From assembly GCA_963765625.1 (NCBI GenBank), contig CAVXXD010000012.1:207491-271490 (forward strand): a stretch of DNA of 64,000 nucleotides, given 5' to 3'. Under the pieces are notes generated by a model. The model did not search any database. It had not been told where the DNA came from and saw nothing but the letters and a program-made list of their open reading frames with translations. The DNA is from an uncultured bacterium (lineage in GTDB: Bacteria > Actinomycetota > Geothermincolia > Geothermincolales > Geothermincolaceae). The translations under genes were made by a program, and so were the position numbers. Positions 8,255 through 19,079 of the stretch are shown here, piece by piece; within the stretch, counting starts at the first letter, position 1; every line of letters starts with the position of its first letter.

Positions 8255-11200
8255 TCGCCCTCTCCCTCAACGAAATCGCTCCATGCCTCGTCGGTCCAGG
8301 TGGAGACGTAATGCGTTCCCGTCCGAACCATTCGCGTGGGGCGTTCGAATATACCCACTTCCACCTCGAGGCCTTCGACTCCCGACACCGTGAGGGTCAT
8401 GCTCCGGTTGCGCTTGATGTCGAAGTCGAGCCAGACGCTACGCCAGGTCAGCGAGAACTCCAGCCTGCGCCAGCGGGCCGGCAGCTTCGGGCAGATGAAG
8501 AGCCCCGCTTCCCAGGCCCGTACCCCGGCGAAGCCCATTATCAGCAGCTGCCAGAGGCCGCCCAGGGCCGCGGCGTGGACCCCGCCCGCGGCGTTGCCCA
8601 TGTTGTCCACCAGGTCGATGGTGCCCGCCTTACGCAGGTACTGCAGGGCCTCCTTGGTCATGCCCAGCCGCGCCGACACCAGGCCGTAGATGGCGGGGGA
8701 GAGCGAGGAGCCGTGGGCGGTGCGGCGGTCGTAGTAAAGGTAGTTGGTCTCGATATCCTCCTGGGTGAAGAGGTCCTCCAGCAGGTAGAGCGCCATTACC
8801 ACATCGGCCTGTTTGACCAGCTGGGAGTTGGCGGTACGCTCCCGCCCCAGGATGGTGTCGAGGGCGGCGGTGCGCGGCTCGTAACGGCGGACGTCGATAT
8901 CTTCCAGCTGGAAGAAGCCGGCGAACTGCTCGAGCAGGCCGGCCTCCCCGTGCCCGTTGCCGTACATGCGGTCGGCCACGTCCGTCCATCCGTCCGCCTC
9001 GTCCGGTTTGAGACTCTATCTTCTGGATCAGTGCCGTGAGGTCCTCCGGGTGGCGTTCTTTCAAGAAGTCCATCGCCTTGACGGCGTGCCGCAGGTTGTA
9101 GACGGCCATCAGGTTGGTGTAAAGGTTGTCATTGACTTCCTCGTGATACTCGTCTGGCCCCTCGACGTTGAGAATGTGGAAGTGGCCGTCGTCGCCCTCC
9201 GTCACCCGGCTGGTCCAGAAGCGCGCCGTCTCCATGAGGATCTCGGCTCCCGCCCGCACCAGGAACTCCTCGTCCAGGGTGGCGTTCCAGTAGGTCCAGA
9301 CCCCGTAAGCCACGTCCGCGGTGATGTGCTGTTCCCGCGGGCCGGAGAGGATGGGGATGACCTCGCCGGTGGGGGAGAGGGCGGCCGGAGGGGTCATCTC
9401 CTCCCCGCCTCCCGTCGATTCCCAGGCGTACTGCGCCCCCTCGTAGCCGTTGCGGGCCGCGTTGGTCCGGGCGCCGTTCAGGGTGTGGTAACGGTACATG
9501 ATCATGGCGCGCGCCGTGGGGGGATGGGCGAAGATGAAGAAGGGGAGGATGAACATCTCCGAGTCCCAGAAGATGTGGCCCTTGTATATGGGGCCGGAAA
9601 GCGCGCGAGCCCCGATGGAGACGCGCTCGTTCTCGTCGTTGCCGGCACTGATGAGGTGATAGGCGGCGAAGTTGGCCCAGTGCTGGGCTTCGGGGTCGCC
9701 GGTGATGCGTACCGCCGCTGTCTTCCAGCGCTCCTCCCAGGCTGCCATGTGCTCTAAAAGAAGCTCCTCGAAATCTCTTCCCGCCAGTTTCCGGGTATGT
9801 GCCAGGGCGGCCTTCTCCGCCGACTCCACCCCGTCGTTGGAGGTGAAGATGGAGACCAGCTTCTCCAGCGTCACTTCCTGGGCGATCATGCCGACCCAGC
9901 GCCAGCGCTCCAGCACGGTCAACTCGTCCATGCGGTAGGAATGCTCCGGTTCCACGAACCCGTCGGCGATCCGGGAATGCTGGGCCACCGCCGCGTCGAT
10001 CAGGGTGAAGAGGGTCTGGGCACGGATCAGCACCCCACGCCCGTCCCGGCCATCCGGTTCGTCCGCGCCGGTGATCTTCTCCACGCCGTGCAGGGGCGGG
10101 GCCCCGCGCGGGTTGAGGCGCAGGCCGGTCTCCACCCGCAGTTCGCCGCGGTAGTTGCGGGGTATGACGGTGACCCGCAGGGCCAGGGCGTGGGGGTCGG
10201 CCAGGGAGGCGAAGTGGAGGTAGAGCACCCGGGTGACCCGGTCGGTGATGTCCTCGTAGGTCAGTTCACGGAAGAAGCAGCCCCTTGCGCATGTCCAGGA
10301 TGCGCCGGTGCTCCACGATGTTCTTGCGCTTCATCTGCATGCGCTCGTCGTCGACGAAGATGCGGGTGTAGAGCCAGTCGGGAAAGATGGGCAACTCGTC
10401 CGGCGCCCGTTGGCTGCGGCGGTCGAACACCCCGGCCACCAGGGTGGTGGGGCTGGAGGCTTCGTCCTGCTCGGCCAGGGAGCCGCGCGTGCCCAGGTAG
10501 CCGTTGCCCACGGTGAAGATGGACTCCACCTCTCGCTCGCGCACCGGGTTGAACCCTTCTTCCACGATGAGGAAGGTGGGGTCGTCGGTGGGGAGGAAGA
10601 GCTTGTGCAGGCGGGCCTGTTCTTTTACAATGCGAAGAAATTCAGCGGGGCCGCCCCCCAGGTGCTCGACTCCTTCGGGGACGCCGTTGGGCTCCTTGCC
10701 CACCGAGACGTATTCTATTCCTTCCACCCCGGGCACCACCATGCGGAAGTCGGAACCCTCGAAGCCGGCGATGGGGCCGAACTCGTCGCCCAGGACCAGG
10801 ATGTCGTGATAGGGGATGTTGCGCCGCTCGGCTATCTCTTTCAGTATCCAGCGGAGGGAGTCGGATTTGTCGGTCAGGCCTACCTCCACGTGCTTGACGT
10901 CGAGGTGATGCGGGGGTCGGCCAGCCCCATCTCCCGGGCGAAGCGCTCCGTGGCCTCGTAGGCCCCCTTGATGCCCGCCTTGTACCCTCCCTTGCGCAGG
11001 CGCTTCTCCGTCTCCCGCAGCAGCTTGTCGATCTGCGACTTGGGGGGGTCGGGCCACTCCGGGATGAGGTCTATCTTCCGCCGGTTGAGGCGGTTGTAGA
11101 CGATATCGATGGTGACGCCGGAAGCCCCTTCCACCTCGGCTTTGACCGCCTCGGCGGTGCGGTCCAGGGCCAGGTTCTCCTCGTCCGTGGACTCCCTCTG

Positions 11201-11476
11201 GTAGAGGAGGAAGAGCTCGGAGCGGGCGTCGAAGCCGAAGACCTCGGAACCGCGATTGGTGCAGATGTAGAGGTTGCGCTTGGCGGGGCCGGTCACGTGG
11301 CAGGAGAACTGGCGCTCGATGTTGGCGAAGTTGGTGCCGGTGACCACCACCACGTAGACGTCCAGCTCCAGCAGCTCCTGCAGGGCAGCCGCCACCGGCC
11401 GGGCGTCGACGGTACGGTCCCTGACCGCGGTGCCGTCCCAGTCGAAAACGATTATACGGAAAGCTTTGCTGCGCAT
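8251..11476 (-). CDS. Fused HAD-family phosphatase / glycoside hydrolase family 65 (OtsB1-like) protein, split by at least 3 frameshifts
   Basis: Four consecutive same-strand ORFs (10880..11476 HAD domain with DWDGT; 10266..11057 GH65 N-domain; 8630..10228 GH65 catalytic domain; 8251..8979 GH65 C-domain) form one architecture. Frame breaks are near 10900, 10245 and 8990. Confidence 0.65.
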
Positions 11477-11599
11477 ATCAACAGTATATCCCCTGACCCT
11501 TGTCGTTTAAACTAAGGAAAAATCGCGGACAGTCGAATCGGCGTCTGGCCTCGATCCGGCAGGTGGCCTCTTTTTCGAAAGGCGGCGTCTAAGAGAGCT

Positions 11600-12379
11600 A
11601 TGAGACATTTGAGAGGGGAACGAGTCCCTGACGGGGACGAAAAGGCCAAAGTGACCGTTGCCGTGATAGCCGCGGTTATAGTGGTGGCCGCGGCGCTTCT
11701 CGGCCCCCTCATCGCCGATGACCGGCTCTCCGTGAACTCGAAGTATCCTCTCCTCTCTCCCCTCCGGGGCATCGACGTCTCCGAGTATCAGAAGGAGATC
11801 GACTGGAACAAGGTGAGGAGGGCCGGTTACGGCTTCGCCATCATCAAGGCGACGGAAGGGCGGGACTACAAAGACCCCTTGTTTCGGGACAACTGGAAGA
11901 AGGCGGGCAAGGCGGGCCTCATGCGCGGCGCCTATCACTTCTTTCTCTTCTCGCGCACCGGGCTGGAACAGGCGGAGAACTTCATCGAGAGCGTCCCGGT
12001 GGAGGAAGGCATCCTGCCGCCGGTCATCGATGTGGAAATGGGCGGGAGCAACGGCGGCGATCCCGACGTCGAGGCGGTGCGGAACGAAATGACCGTCTTT
12101 ATGCAGGAACTGTTGAAGCGCTATGGACAGGTGCCCATCATCTACACCAATCAGTCCACCTATGACCGGCTGATATCCGGCTACTTCCCCGAATGCCCCA
12201 TCTGGATCGCCTCCCCCGAAAAAGCCCCATCCCTCTCCGACGGCCGCGCTTGGATGATCTGGCAGTACACCTTCACCGGCAGCGTCGACGGCATCTCCGG
12301 CAACGTGGATCTCAACGTCTACAATAACGGGGAGGCCGGGCTGGAGGCACTCATCCTCGCCGAGCAGGCGGCGCTCTGA
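11600..12379 (+). CDS. GH25 family lysozyme (muramidase) with N-terminal membrane anchor
   Basis: 259 aa. N-terminal TM helix, then GIDVSEYQKEIDWNKVRRAGYGFAIIKATEG...GAYHFF, the canonical GH25 signature. Confidence 0.75.
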   Translation: MRHLRGERVPDGDEKAKVTVAVIAAVIVVAAALLGPLIADDRLSVNSKYPLLSPLRGIDVSEYQKEIDWNKVRRAGYGFAIIKATEGRDYKDPLFRDNWKKAGKAGLMRGAYHFFLFSRTGLEQAENFIESVPVEEGILPPVIDVEMGGSNGGDPDVEAVRNEMTVFMQELLKRYGQVPIIYTNQSTYDRLISGYFPECPIWIASPEKAPSLSDGRAWMIWQYTFTGSVDGISGNVDLNVYNNGEAGLEALILAEQAAL

Positions 12380-12422
12380 CCCGATCAGGTAAAATCAGGG
12401 CAAAAAGAGGCGTGGCGGGAAG

Positions 12423-13169
12423 GTGAAAAAGAACAAGAAGGCGTGGGTCATCGCTGCCGTAGCCCTGTCGTTGTTGCTGGTGGCCGCGGCGGCGGTCACG
12501 GCCCTCCTGTATTACGAAGGCTACATCTGGTTCAACGAGCCCAGCCGGGAGGAGTACCCGGTGCGGGGCATCGACATCTCCGAGCACCAGGGGACCGTAG
12601 ACTGGGAGCCGGGTGCGTGCAGGCCGGGTATGACTTCGTCTTCATCAAGGCCACCGAGGGCCTGGACCACGTGGACAGCCGCTTTGCCGGGAACTGGGAA
12701 GCAAGCCGGGGCGGCAGGCATGACGCGCGGGGCCTACCACTTCTTCACCTTCCGCAGTCCCGGCCTGGAGCAGGCGCGCAACTTTATCGCCAACGTACCG
12801 GTGGAAGCGGGCTGCCTGCCCCCGGCGGTCGACATCGAGCTGGGCGGGAACAGTGTCGATGTGCCGGACCGCGAGTCCTTCCGGCGCGAGCTGGACGACT
12901 TCCTGGGTGAGGTCGAAGCCACCTATGGCCGCAAGCCCATCCTCTACGTCAACGACGAGTCCTACGAGCGCTTCATCATGGGCGCCTACGAGGAGTACCC
13001 CGTCTGGAACGCGGATGTGTTCTGGTCTCCCGGGCTGGCTGACAGCCGTTCCTGGCTCTTCTGGCAGTACAGCCCGCGCGGCCGCGTGGACGGCATCGAC
13101 GGCTACGTCGACCTCGACGTCTTCAACGGCACCCCCGAGGAGTTCACGGCCTTCGTCGCCGCGGAATGA
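12423..13169 (+). CDS. Second GH25 lysozyme paralog with N-terminal TM anchor, frameshifted near 12600-12720
   Basis: GTG start. RGIDISEHQGTVDWE is in one frame and VQAGYDFVFIKATEG in the other (ORF 12443..12910). The C-terminal half is GH25-like. Confidence 0.6.
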   Translation: MKKNKKAWVIAAVALSLLLVAAAAVTALLYYEGYIWFNEPSREEYPVRGIDISEHQGTVDWEPGACRPGMTSSSSRPPRAWTTWTAALPGTGKQAGAAGMTRGAYHFFTFRSPGLEQARNFIANVPVEAGCLPPAVDIELGGNSVDVPDRESFRRELDDFLGEVEATYGRKPILYVNDESYERFIMGAYEEYPVWNADVFWSPGLADSRSWLFWQYSPRGRVDGIDGYVDLDVFNGTPEEFTAFVAAE

Positions 13170-13270
13170 TCCCTGCCGGCGCGTCCTTCTGGCAAAGCCG
13201 GCCCGGCTGTGAAAGAATATTCTCATGGACCTTACTCGCCCGTCGGGGCAGCCGAGGAAAGGAGTGCGCC

Positions 13271-14969
13271 ATGATCCTCTTCAATCCCAAGGAGTCCGAC
13301 TGGAAGTTCCCCGACCCCGACGACAAGCGGCTGATACTCGACACCGTGGGCTTCTTCGAAAGAAAGGGCCGCGGCAACATCCTAAAGGATGACCACGAAC
13401 GCGTCTGGTACCGCGACTTCCTCGACTTCCAGCGCGCAGGCGGACCTCTTCTCGACCCTGCTCACCCCGGCCGGCTACGGCAGGCCCGACGCCCGCTGGG
13501 ACACTTACCGCAACTGCGCCGCCAACGAGGTCCTCTCCTTTTACGGCCTGTCCTACTGGTACACCTGGCAGGTCTCCATCCTGGGGCTCGGCCCCATCTG
13601 GATGGGGGAGAACGAGGAGGTGAAGAAGCGCACGGCCGAACTGCTGAAAGAAGGGGGCATCTTCGCCTTCGGGCTCTCCGAGAAGGAACACGGGGCCGAC
13701 CTCTATTCCACCGGGATGTCCCTGGCCCCGCAGGGGGAGGGCAGGTACCTGGCCAACGGCCGCAAGTACTACATCGGCAACGCCAACGAGGCGGCGCTGG
13801 TCTCCACCTTCGGCAAATTCACCGACTCCGGCGACTACGTCTTCTTCGCGGTGGGGGACCGCAACCCCAGGTTCGAGGTGGTCAAGAACGTGGTGGCCAC
13901 CCAGAACTTCGTGGCCGAGTACGCCCTCACCGACTACCCCATCACCGACGCCGAGATACTCAGCCGCGGCCGCGACGCCTGGGACTCCGCCTTGAACACC
14001 GTCAACGTGGGCAAGTTCAACCTGGGCTGGGCCTCCATCGGCATCTCCACCCACGCTTTCTACGAGGCCGTCGACCACGCCTCCAACCGGGTGCTCTACG
14101 GCAAGCACGTCACCGACTTCCCCCACGTGCGCCGGCTCTTCGTCGACGCCTTCACCCGCCTGGCGGCCATGCGCCTCTTCGCCCTGCGCGCCATCGACTA
14201 CATGCGCGCCGCCTCCCCCGAGGACCGTCGCTACCTCCTCTACAACCCCATGGTCAAGATGAAGGTCACCACCCAGGGCGAGGAAGTCATCAACCTGCTG
14301 TGGGACGTCATCGCCGCCAAGGGCTTCGAGAAGGACAACTACTTCGAGATGGCCGCCCGCGACATCCGGGCCCTGCCCAAGCTGGAGGGGACGGTCCACG
14401 TCAACATGGCCCTGATCATCAAGTTCATGCCCAACTTCTTCTTCAACCCGGGTGTTTTCCCGGCGGTGCCCAGGCGCGACGACGCCACCGACGACGCCTT
14501 CCTCTTCCGGCAGGGGCCCACCAAGGGGCTGGGCGGCATCCAGGCCCACGATTTCAACCTGGCCTACGACAGCGTGAACCTGCCCAACGTGAGCATCTTC
14601 CGCGAGCAGATCGAGGCCTTCAAGCAGATGCTGCTGACGGCCGGCCCCAGCGAGGGGCAGCAGAAGGACATCGACTTCCTGCTGACCCTGGGCGAGATCT
14701 TCACCCTGGTGGCTTACGGCCAGCTGATCATCGAGAACTGCGCCCTCTCAGGGATCGAGAATGCCCTCCTCGACCAGATCTTCGACTTCATGGTGCGCGA
14801 TTTCTCCTCCTTCGCCCTGCAGCTCTATTCGAAGACCAGCTCCACCCCGGAGCAGATGGACGCCTGCCTGAAGATGATCCGCAAGCCAGTGACTGACGAC
14901 GCCCGCTTCGAGCACATCTTCACCGACTACGTCCTCCCGCTGAAGGGCGCCTACAAGCAGAACGACTGA
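13271..14969 (+). CDS. Acyl-CoA dehydrogenase family protein (long form), frameshifted near 13440
   Basis: N-terminus MILFNPKESDWKFPDPDDKRL is in frame 2 and the body (ORF 13389..14969) in frame 3. The acyl-CoA dehydrogenase (ACAD)-like middle and C-terminal helical domains are intact. Confidence 0.65.
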
Positions 14970-14970
14970 A

Positions 14971-15011
14971 CAGAAAATCAAGATGGGGTCAGACCCCTTC
15001 TTGATTTTCTG
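14971..15011. repeat. REP-like palindromic hairpin with core GGGGTCAGACCCC, immediately after the stop codon of the upstream gene
   Basis: cagaaaatcaagatggggtc-a-gaccccttcttgattttctg, with 1 mismatch in the stem. The next gene starts 3 nt later. Confidence 0.6.
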
Positions 15012-15013
15012 GC

Positions 15014-15928
15014 ATGACGACCGAGTCAAGCAAAGGAGAGCAAGTGAGGGATTTCAAGGAAAAGACCGTCGTGGTCACCGGCGCGGCTTCCGGCATCGGG
15101 CGGGAGATCGCCCTGGCCTTCGCCCGCAGGGGCGCGCACCTGGCGGTGATCGACGTCGACGAGACGGGCCTGGCGCGGGTCCGGCAGGAACTGGAAGGAG
15201 AGGGCTGCCTGGTCTACTCCGAGGTGGTGGACGTTTCCCGGGCCGAAGAGATGGAGCACTTCCGCGACAACGTCTTCGACCGCTTCGGACGCTGCGACGT
15301 CCTGGTCAACAACGCCGGTATCGCCATCGGCGGGCCCATGGAGCACATCCCGCTCGAGGGTTGGCAGCGGATCGTCGGCATCAACCTCTGGGGGGTCATC
15401 CACGGCTGCCACTTCTTCTATCCCCGCATGATCGCGCAGGGAGGTGGGGGCAGCATCGTCAACATCGCCTCCTCCGCGGCCCTGGCGCCCGGGCCCCGCA
15501 CCTGGCCGCCTACGCCTGCACCAAGCACGGGGTGCTGGGCCTGTCGGAGACCATGCGCATCGAGGGTGCCCAACACGGCATCAACGTCTCCACCATCTGC
15601 CCGGGGATGGTCGACACCCCCATCTACGGCCGCATCGAGATGAACGTCGACGGCGGCAGGGTCACCGCGGAGGACATCACCACGATGATGCGGACGATCG
15701 TCAGAGAAATACGGCTGTCACCCGGAAAAGATCGCCCTGGCCGTGATCGACGCGGTGGAGCGCGACCGTGGCGTGGTCCCGGTGGGGCCGGGGGCCCGGC
15801 CGATGGACTACAGCCGCCGCCTCAGCCGGGAGTTCTACAACAGATCAGTCCGCGCCGTCACCCGGCTGGCCGACTGGGCCGCGAAGAGAAAGTCCCTGAA
15901 AGAAGAAGGAGGAACCGCGCGTGCATAA
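15014..15928 (+). CDS. SDR family short-chain dehydrogenase/reductase, interrupted by 2 frameshifts (~15490, ~15725)
   Basis: TGAASGIGREIA cofactor motif and NNAG motif. The catalytic region resumes in ORF 14983..15933 (AAYACTKHGVLGLSE) and the C-terminus in 15743..15928. Confidence 0.65.
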
Positions 15929-16491
15929 AGTGATACTGCTCTGCGCCAGCCCCCGCAAGAAGGGCAACACCGCGCAACTGCTCCAGGAGTGCGCGAAGGT
16001 CATCGAAGACGCCGGGGTGGAAACGGAGACCATCTCCCTGGCCGGCATGCAGGTACGCTCCTGCATCGCCTGTGGCAAGTGCGCGAAAGCTGGCCGCCTG
16101 CTCCCAGGACGACGGCCTCAACGACATCATCGACAAGGTGCGCGCAGCCCAGGGCTTCATCGTCGGCACCCCCGTCTACTTCGGCACGGCGCGCGGCGAC
16201 CTCATGAGTGCCCTGCAGCGCATGGGCATGGTCTCCAAGGCCTCCGACGGCTACCTCTCCCGCAAGGTGGGGGGCCCGGTGGCGGTAGCCCGGCGCGGCG
16301 GCCACACCGCCACCATCCAGGAGCTGCTGATGTTCTATCTCATCAACGACATGATCGTGGCCGGCTCCACCTACTGGAACATGGTCTTCGGCCGCCTGCC
16401 CGGCGAGGCCATGCAGGACGAGGAGGGCGTGGGCACGGTGCGCCGTTTCGCGGAGAACGTGGCCTGGCTGGTGAATAGGCTCAACGACTGA
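15921..16491 (+). CDS. NADPH-dependent FMN reductase / flavodoxin-like iron-sulfur flavoprotein, frameshift near 16090
   Basis: N-terminus KVILLCASPRKKGNTAQL with CIACGKC. Continues in ORF 16072..16491 (GTPVYFGTARGDLMSALQRM). Confidence 0.6.
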
Positions 16492-16504
16492 AAAGGAGGA
16501 AGGC

Positions 16505-16708
16505 ATGCCGACCATCTATCTCGACGGGCCGCCCGTCACCGACCTGGACCGCAAGCGCCAGGTAATCAGGGAAGTCACCGAGGTGGCGTCGCGTTACTAC
16601 CGGATACCGGAAGATGCCATGGTGGTGATCATCAAGGAGAACTTGCCGGAGAACGTGGGTTTGGGGGGCAACCTGCTGGCTGACCGCCAGAGGCCAGACA
16701 CCGCCTGA
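16505..16708 (+). CDS. 4-oxalocrotonate tautomerase family protein
   Basis: 67 aa beginning MPTIYLDGPP (catalytic Pro1), typical tautomerase size and pattern. Confidence 0.6.
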   Translation: MPTIYLDGPPVTDLDRKRQVIREVTEVASRYYRIPEDAMVVIIKENLPENVGLGGNLLADRQRPDTA

Positions 16709-16940
16709 CAGCGACGCATATAGTCGATGGTTTCCAGACAAGCCAGCTGGTAGAGACGCGGTAGCTTACGCCGCCGGCCGGGGGTGGCGTTTCATCCGGC
16801 CCCGACGTTCCCGGGCGCCCCAGGCGAGATAACTGTCAACCGTGCGGCTTCTTTCTTCCATGTAACTATTCTATGACATTCGTCTTACTGTTCTTTGACT
16901 TCGAACCACCCGGTGATATCCTGTTAAACAGAAAAACGCA

Positions 16941-16950
16941 GAAACGTTTC
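16941..16950. promoter_or_regulatory. Perfect 10-bp palindrome GAAACGTTTC upstream of the TetR gene; candidate autoregulatory operator
   Basis: Lies ~25 nt upstream of the TetR start codon, flanked by an extended imperfect symmetry aaacag...gaaacgtttc...gagttt. Confidence 0.4.
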
Positions 16951-16973
16951 AGAGTTTACCGGGAGGCGTGGAA

Positions 16974-17558
16974 ATGGCCGTGGACAAAGATTGTGGCCCC
17001 AGGGCTTCCATGATTCTTGACGAGGCGGAGAGAATATCCCTGAACCAGGGCTTCCGCCGCCTCAACATCGACGATCTGGCACGCACCCTGCGCATCAGCA
17101 AGAAGACCATCTACGACTTCTTCCCATCCAAAGAAGAACTCTTTTTCGCCGCGCTTAACCGGCGGGCCAGCCGCCTGGTCCAACAGTTGAAAGTGATCGT
17201 CGCTTCCCAGGACAGCTCCGGCGACAAACTCTACGCGGCGAGCCAACTGATAGCGCGGGACATCTCCGACCTGGACGTATCCCTCATGCGTGACCTGGAG
17301 GAACTCTTCCCCGACTTCTACATAGTCTCGCAGGAATATTTCCGCAAGCTCTCCCGCTACATCTCCGCCATCCTGGTGGAGGGAGCCCGCAAAGGGGAGT
17401 TCCGCGGCGATCTCAGCCCGGTGCTGGTGACCCGGCACTTCCAGAGCATCGGGGATTACGTAGGCGACCCGGAATTCCTGGAGCGCAATCACCTCAACAT
17501 GGAGAAGGTCTATAAGGGCAGCATGGACCTGCTGATGAACGGGATCCTCGAGCGATAG
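16974..17558 (+). CDS. TetR/AcrR family transcriptional regulator
   Basis: HTH LNQGFRRLNIDDLARTLRISKKTIYDFFPSKEELF. RBS GGGAGG lies 7 nt before the ATG at 16974. Confidence 0.8.
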   Translation: MAVDKDCGPRASMILDEAERISLNQGFRRLNIDDLARTLRISKKTIYDFFPSKEELFFAALNRRASRLVQQLKVIVASQDSSGDKLYAASQLIARDISDLDVSLMRDLEELFPDFYIVSQEYFRKLSRYISAILVEGARKGEFRGDLSPVLVTRHFQSIGDYVGDPEFLERNHLNMEKVYKGSMDLLMNGILER

Positions 17559-17624
17559 AGAGCATTATGCCGTATCGCTAAAGCCGGATACCCGAAAATC
17601 CGATAAAGCAACTCTAGAAAGAGC

Positions 17625-18505
17625 ATGTCTGGCTGGAGAAGGGGAGGTATGCCGGTGGGCGTTTTTTCCAGGAGCTGGCTGCTTCTAAAAGAGAGCTTGG
17701 CGGTGCTGAGGGACAACACCGGACTGGTCATGTTCCCCGATAGTGTCGGGGATATGCACCCTGATCGTGACGGCATCTTTTGCCGTTCCCGGCTTCCTGC
17801 TCTTCAACAACAGCGCCGATTCGGAATCGGTGAGCCCTCTCGTCTATGTCCTTCCTGTTCCTCTTTTACCTGGTCAACTACTTCGTGATCATCTTCTTCA
17901 ACGTCGGTCTGGTGTTCTGTGTGCGCAAGATCCTCTACGGCCAGCAGACCACCTTCAGCGAAGGGCTCAAGGAGGCCTGGAGCCGTTTCGGCCAGATCCT
18001 GGGCTGGGCGGCCATCTCCGCCACGGTGGGGATGGTCCTCCAATTTCTTCGCGAGAACGCCGGCCTGCCCGGCAAGATAGTAGCGGGGCTGATGGGGATG
18101 GCCTGGAACCTGCTGACCTTCTTCGTCATCCCGGTGCTGGTCTTCGAGGGAGTAGGCCCCATCGAGGCCATCAAACGCTCCGGCAGCATCTTCAAGCGCA
18201 CTTGGGGCGAGAGCGTCGTCGGCCAGTTCTCGGTGAGCGCCATTATCGGACTACTCTCCATCCTGGGCATCGTGCCCATCGTCCTGGCCGTCGTGACCGA
18301 GCAGGCCGCCCTGATCGTAGGCGCGGTGCTGCTGGCAGTCGTCTACTGGTTCATGCTGGGCATCATCGCGGCCAGCTTGAACGGCATCTACCGCACCGCC
18401 CTCTACGTCTACGCCAGCACTGGCCAGGTATCGCCCCTCTTCACTCACCAGGCCATCACCGCCGCCTTCCAGCCCCGGCAGAAGAAGGGCCTCTTCGGCA
18501 TGTAG
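17625..18505 (+). CDS. Polytopic membrane protein (GP-PDE-membrane-domain / DUF-type), apparently split by 2 frameshifts
   Basis: Three overlapping same-strand ORFs (17625.., 17743.., 17846..18505) each carry hydrophobic helices and read as one continuous membrane protein. Confidence 0.4.
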
Positions 18506-18511
18506 TACAAT

Positions 18512-18859
18512 ATGCCCATGGAAGAAAAAGAAAAGAAGCCAAACCCGCTGGCCGCCCAGGTGCTGGACGCAGCCGCGCTGGTCGACTACCAGGAAGGCGC
18601 GGTGGTCAGCCGGGAGATCGTGCGGGGCGAAAAGGGCACCGTCACCGTCTTCTCCTTCGACCAGGGCCAGGGGCTGAGCGAGCACACCGCCCCCTTCGAC
18701 GCCCTGGCCCACGTCATCGACGGCGAGGCCGAGATCCTCATCGAGGGGGAGCCTCACGAACTGGTCGCGGGAGAGATGATCATCATGCCCGCCGGCCGGC
18801 CCCACGCCCTCAACGCCCGCAAGCCCTTCAAGATGATCTTGACCATGATCCGGTCCTGA
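18512..18859 (+). CDS. Cupin domain protein
   Basis: 115 aa with a two-His/Glu cupin-like pattern, GEKGTVTVFSFDQGQGLSEHTAP...MIIMPAGRPHAL. Confidence 0.6.
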   Translation: MPMEEKEKKPNPLAAQVLDAAALVDYQEGAVVSREIVRGEKGTVTVFSFDQGQGLSEHTAPFDALAHVIDGEAEILIEGEPHELVAGEMIIMPAGRPHALNARKPFKMILTMIRS

Positions 18860-19079
18860 GGAGGCGCCCCGCTGACCCCTGCCCACCGAGTGGCGCTGAA
18901 CCCTCAATAATTGTTACATGCCGTAAAATACGCCGCTTAAGCCCGGTTCGCTACCGTTCGCCCCAAATACTCAAGAAAAGCAGCCTGAAAGCCGACTCTA
19001 TCAGCGGATATGGATAAGTAAGGGCAATACAAGTAGCAGGGTAGTGAAAGCTGTTCCATGGAGATCGGAGGGGGATAAG

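Noticed and set aside
13166-14896. 576-aa plus-strand ORF 13166..14896 and minus-strand ORF 13281..14549
   Set aside because: Apart from the first ~55 codons from 13271, which are the true acyl-CoA dehydrogenase (ACAD) N-terminus before a frameshift, the translations are Arg/Pro/Gly-rich shadows of the acyl-CoA dehydrogenase frame.
17743-19017. 424-aa ORF 17743..19017 spanning three genes
   Set aside because: Beyond its first ~35 codons, which belong to the frameshifted membrane protein, it reads through in an off-frame and yields an Arg/Pro-rich product with no features.
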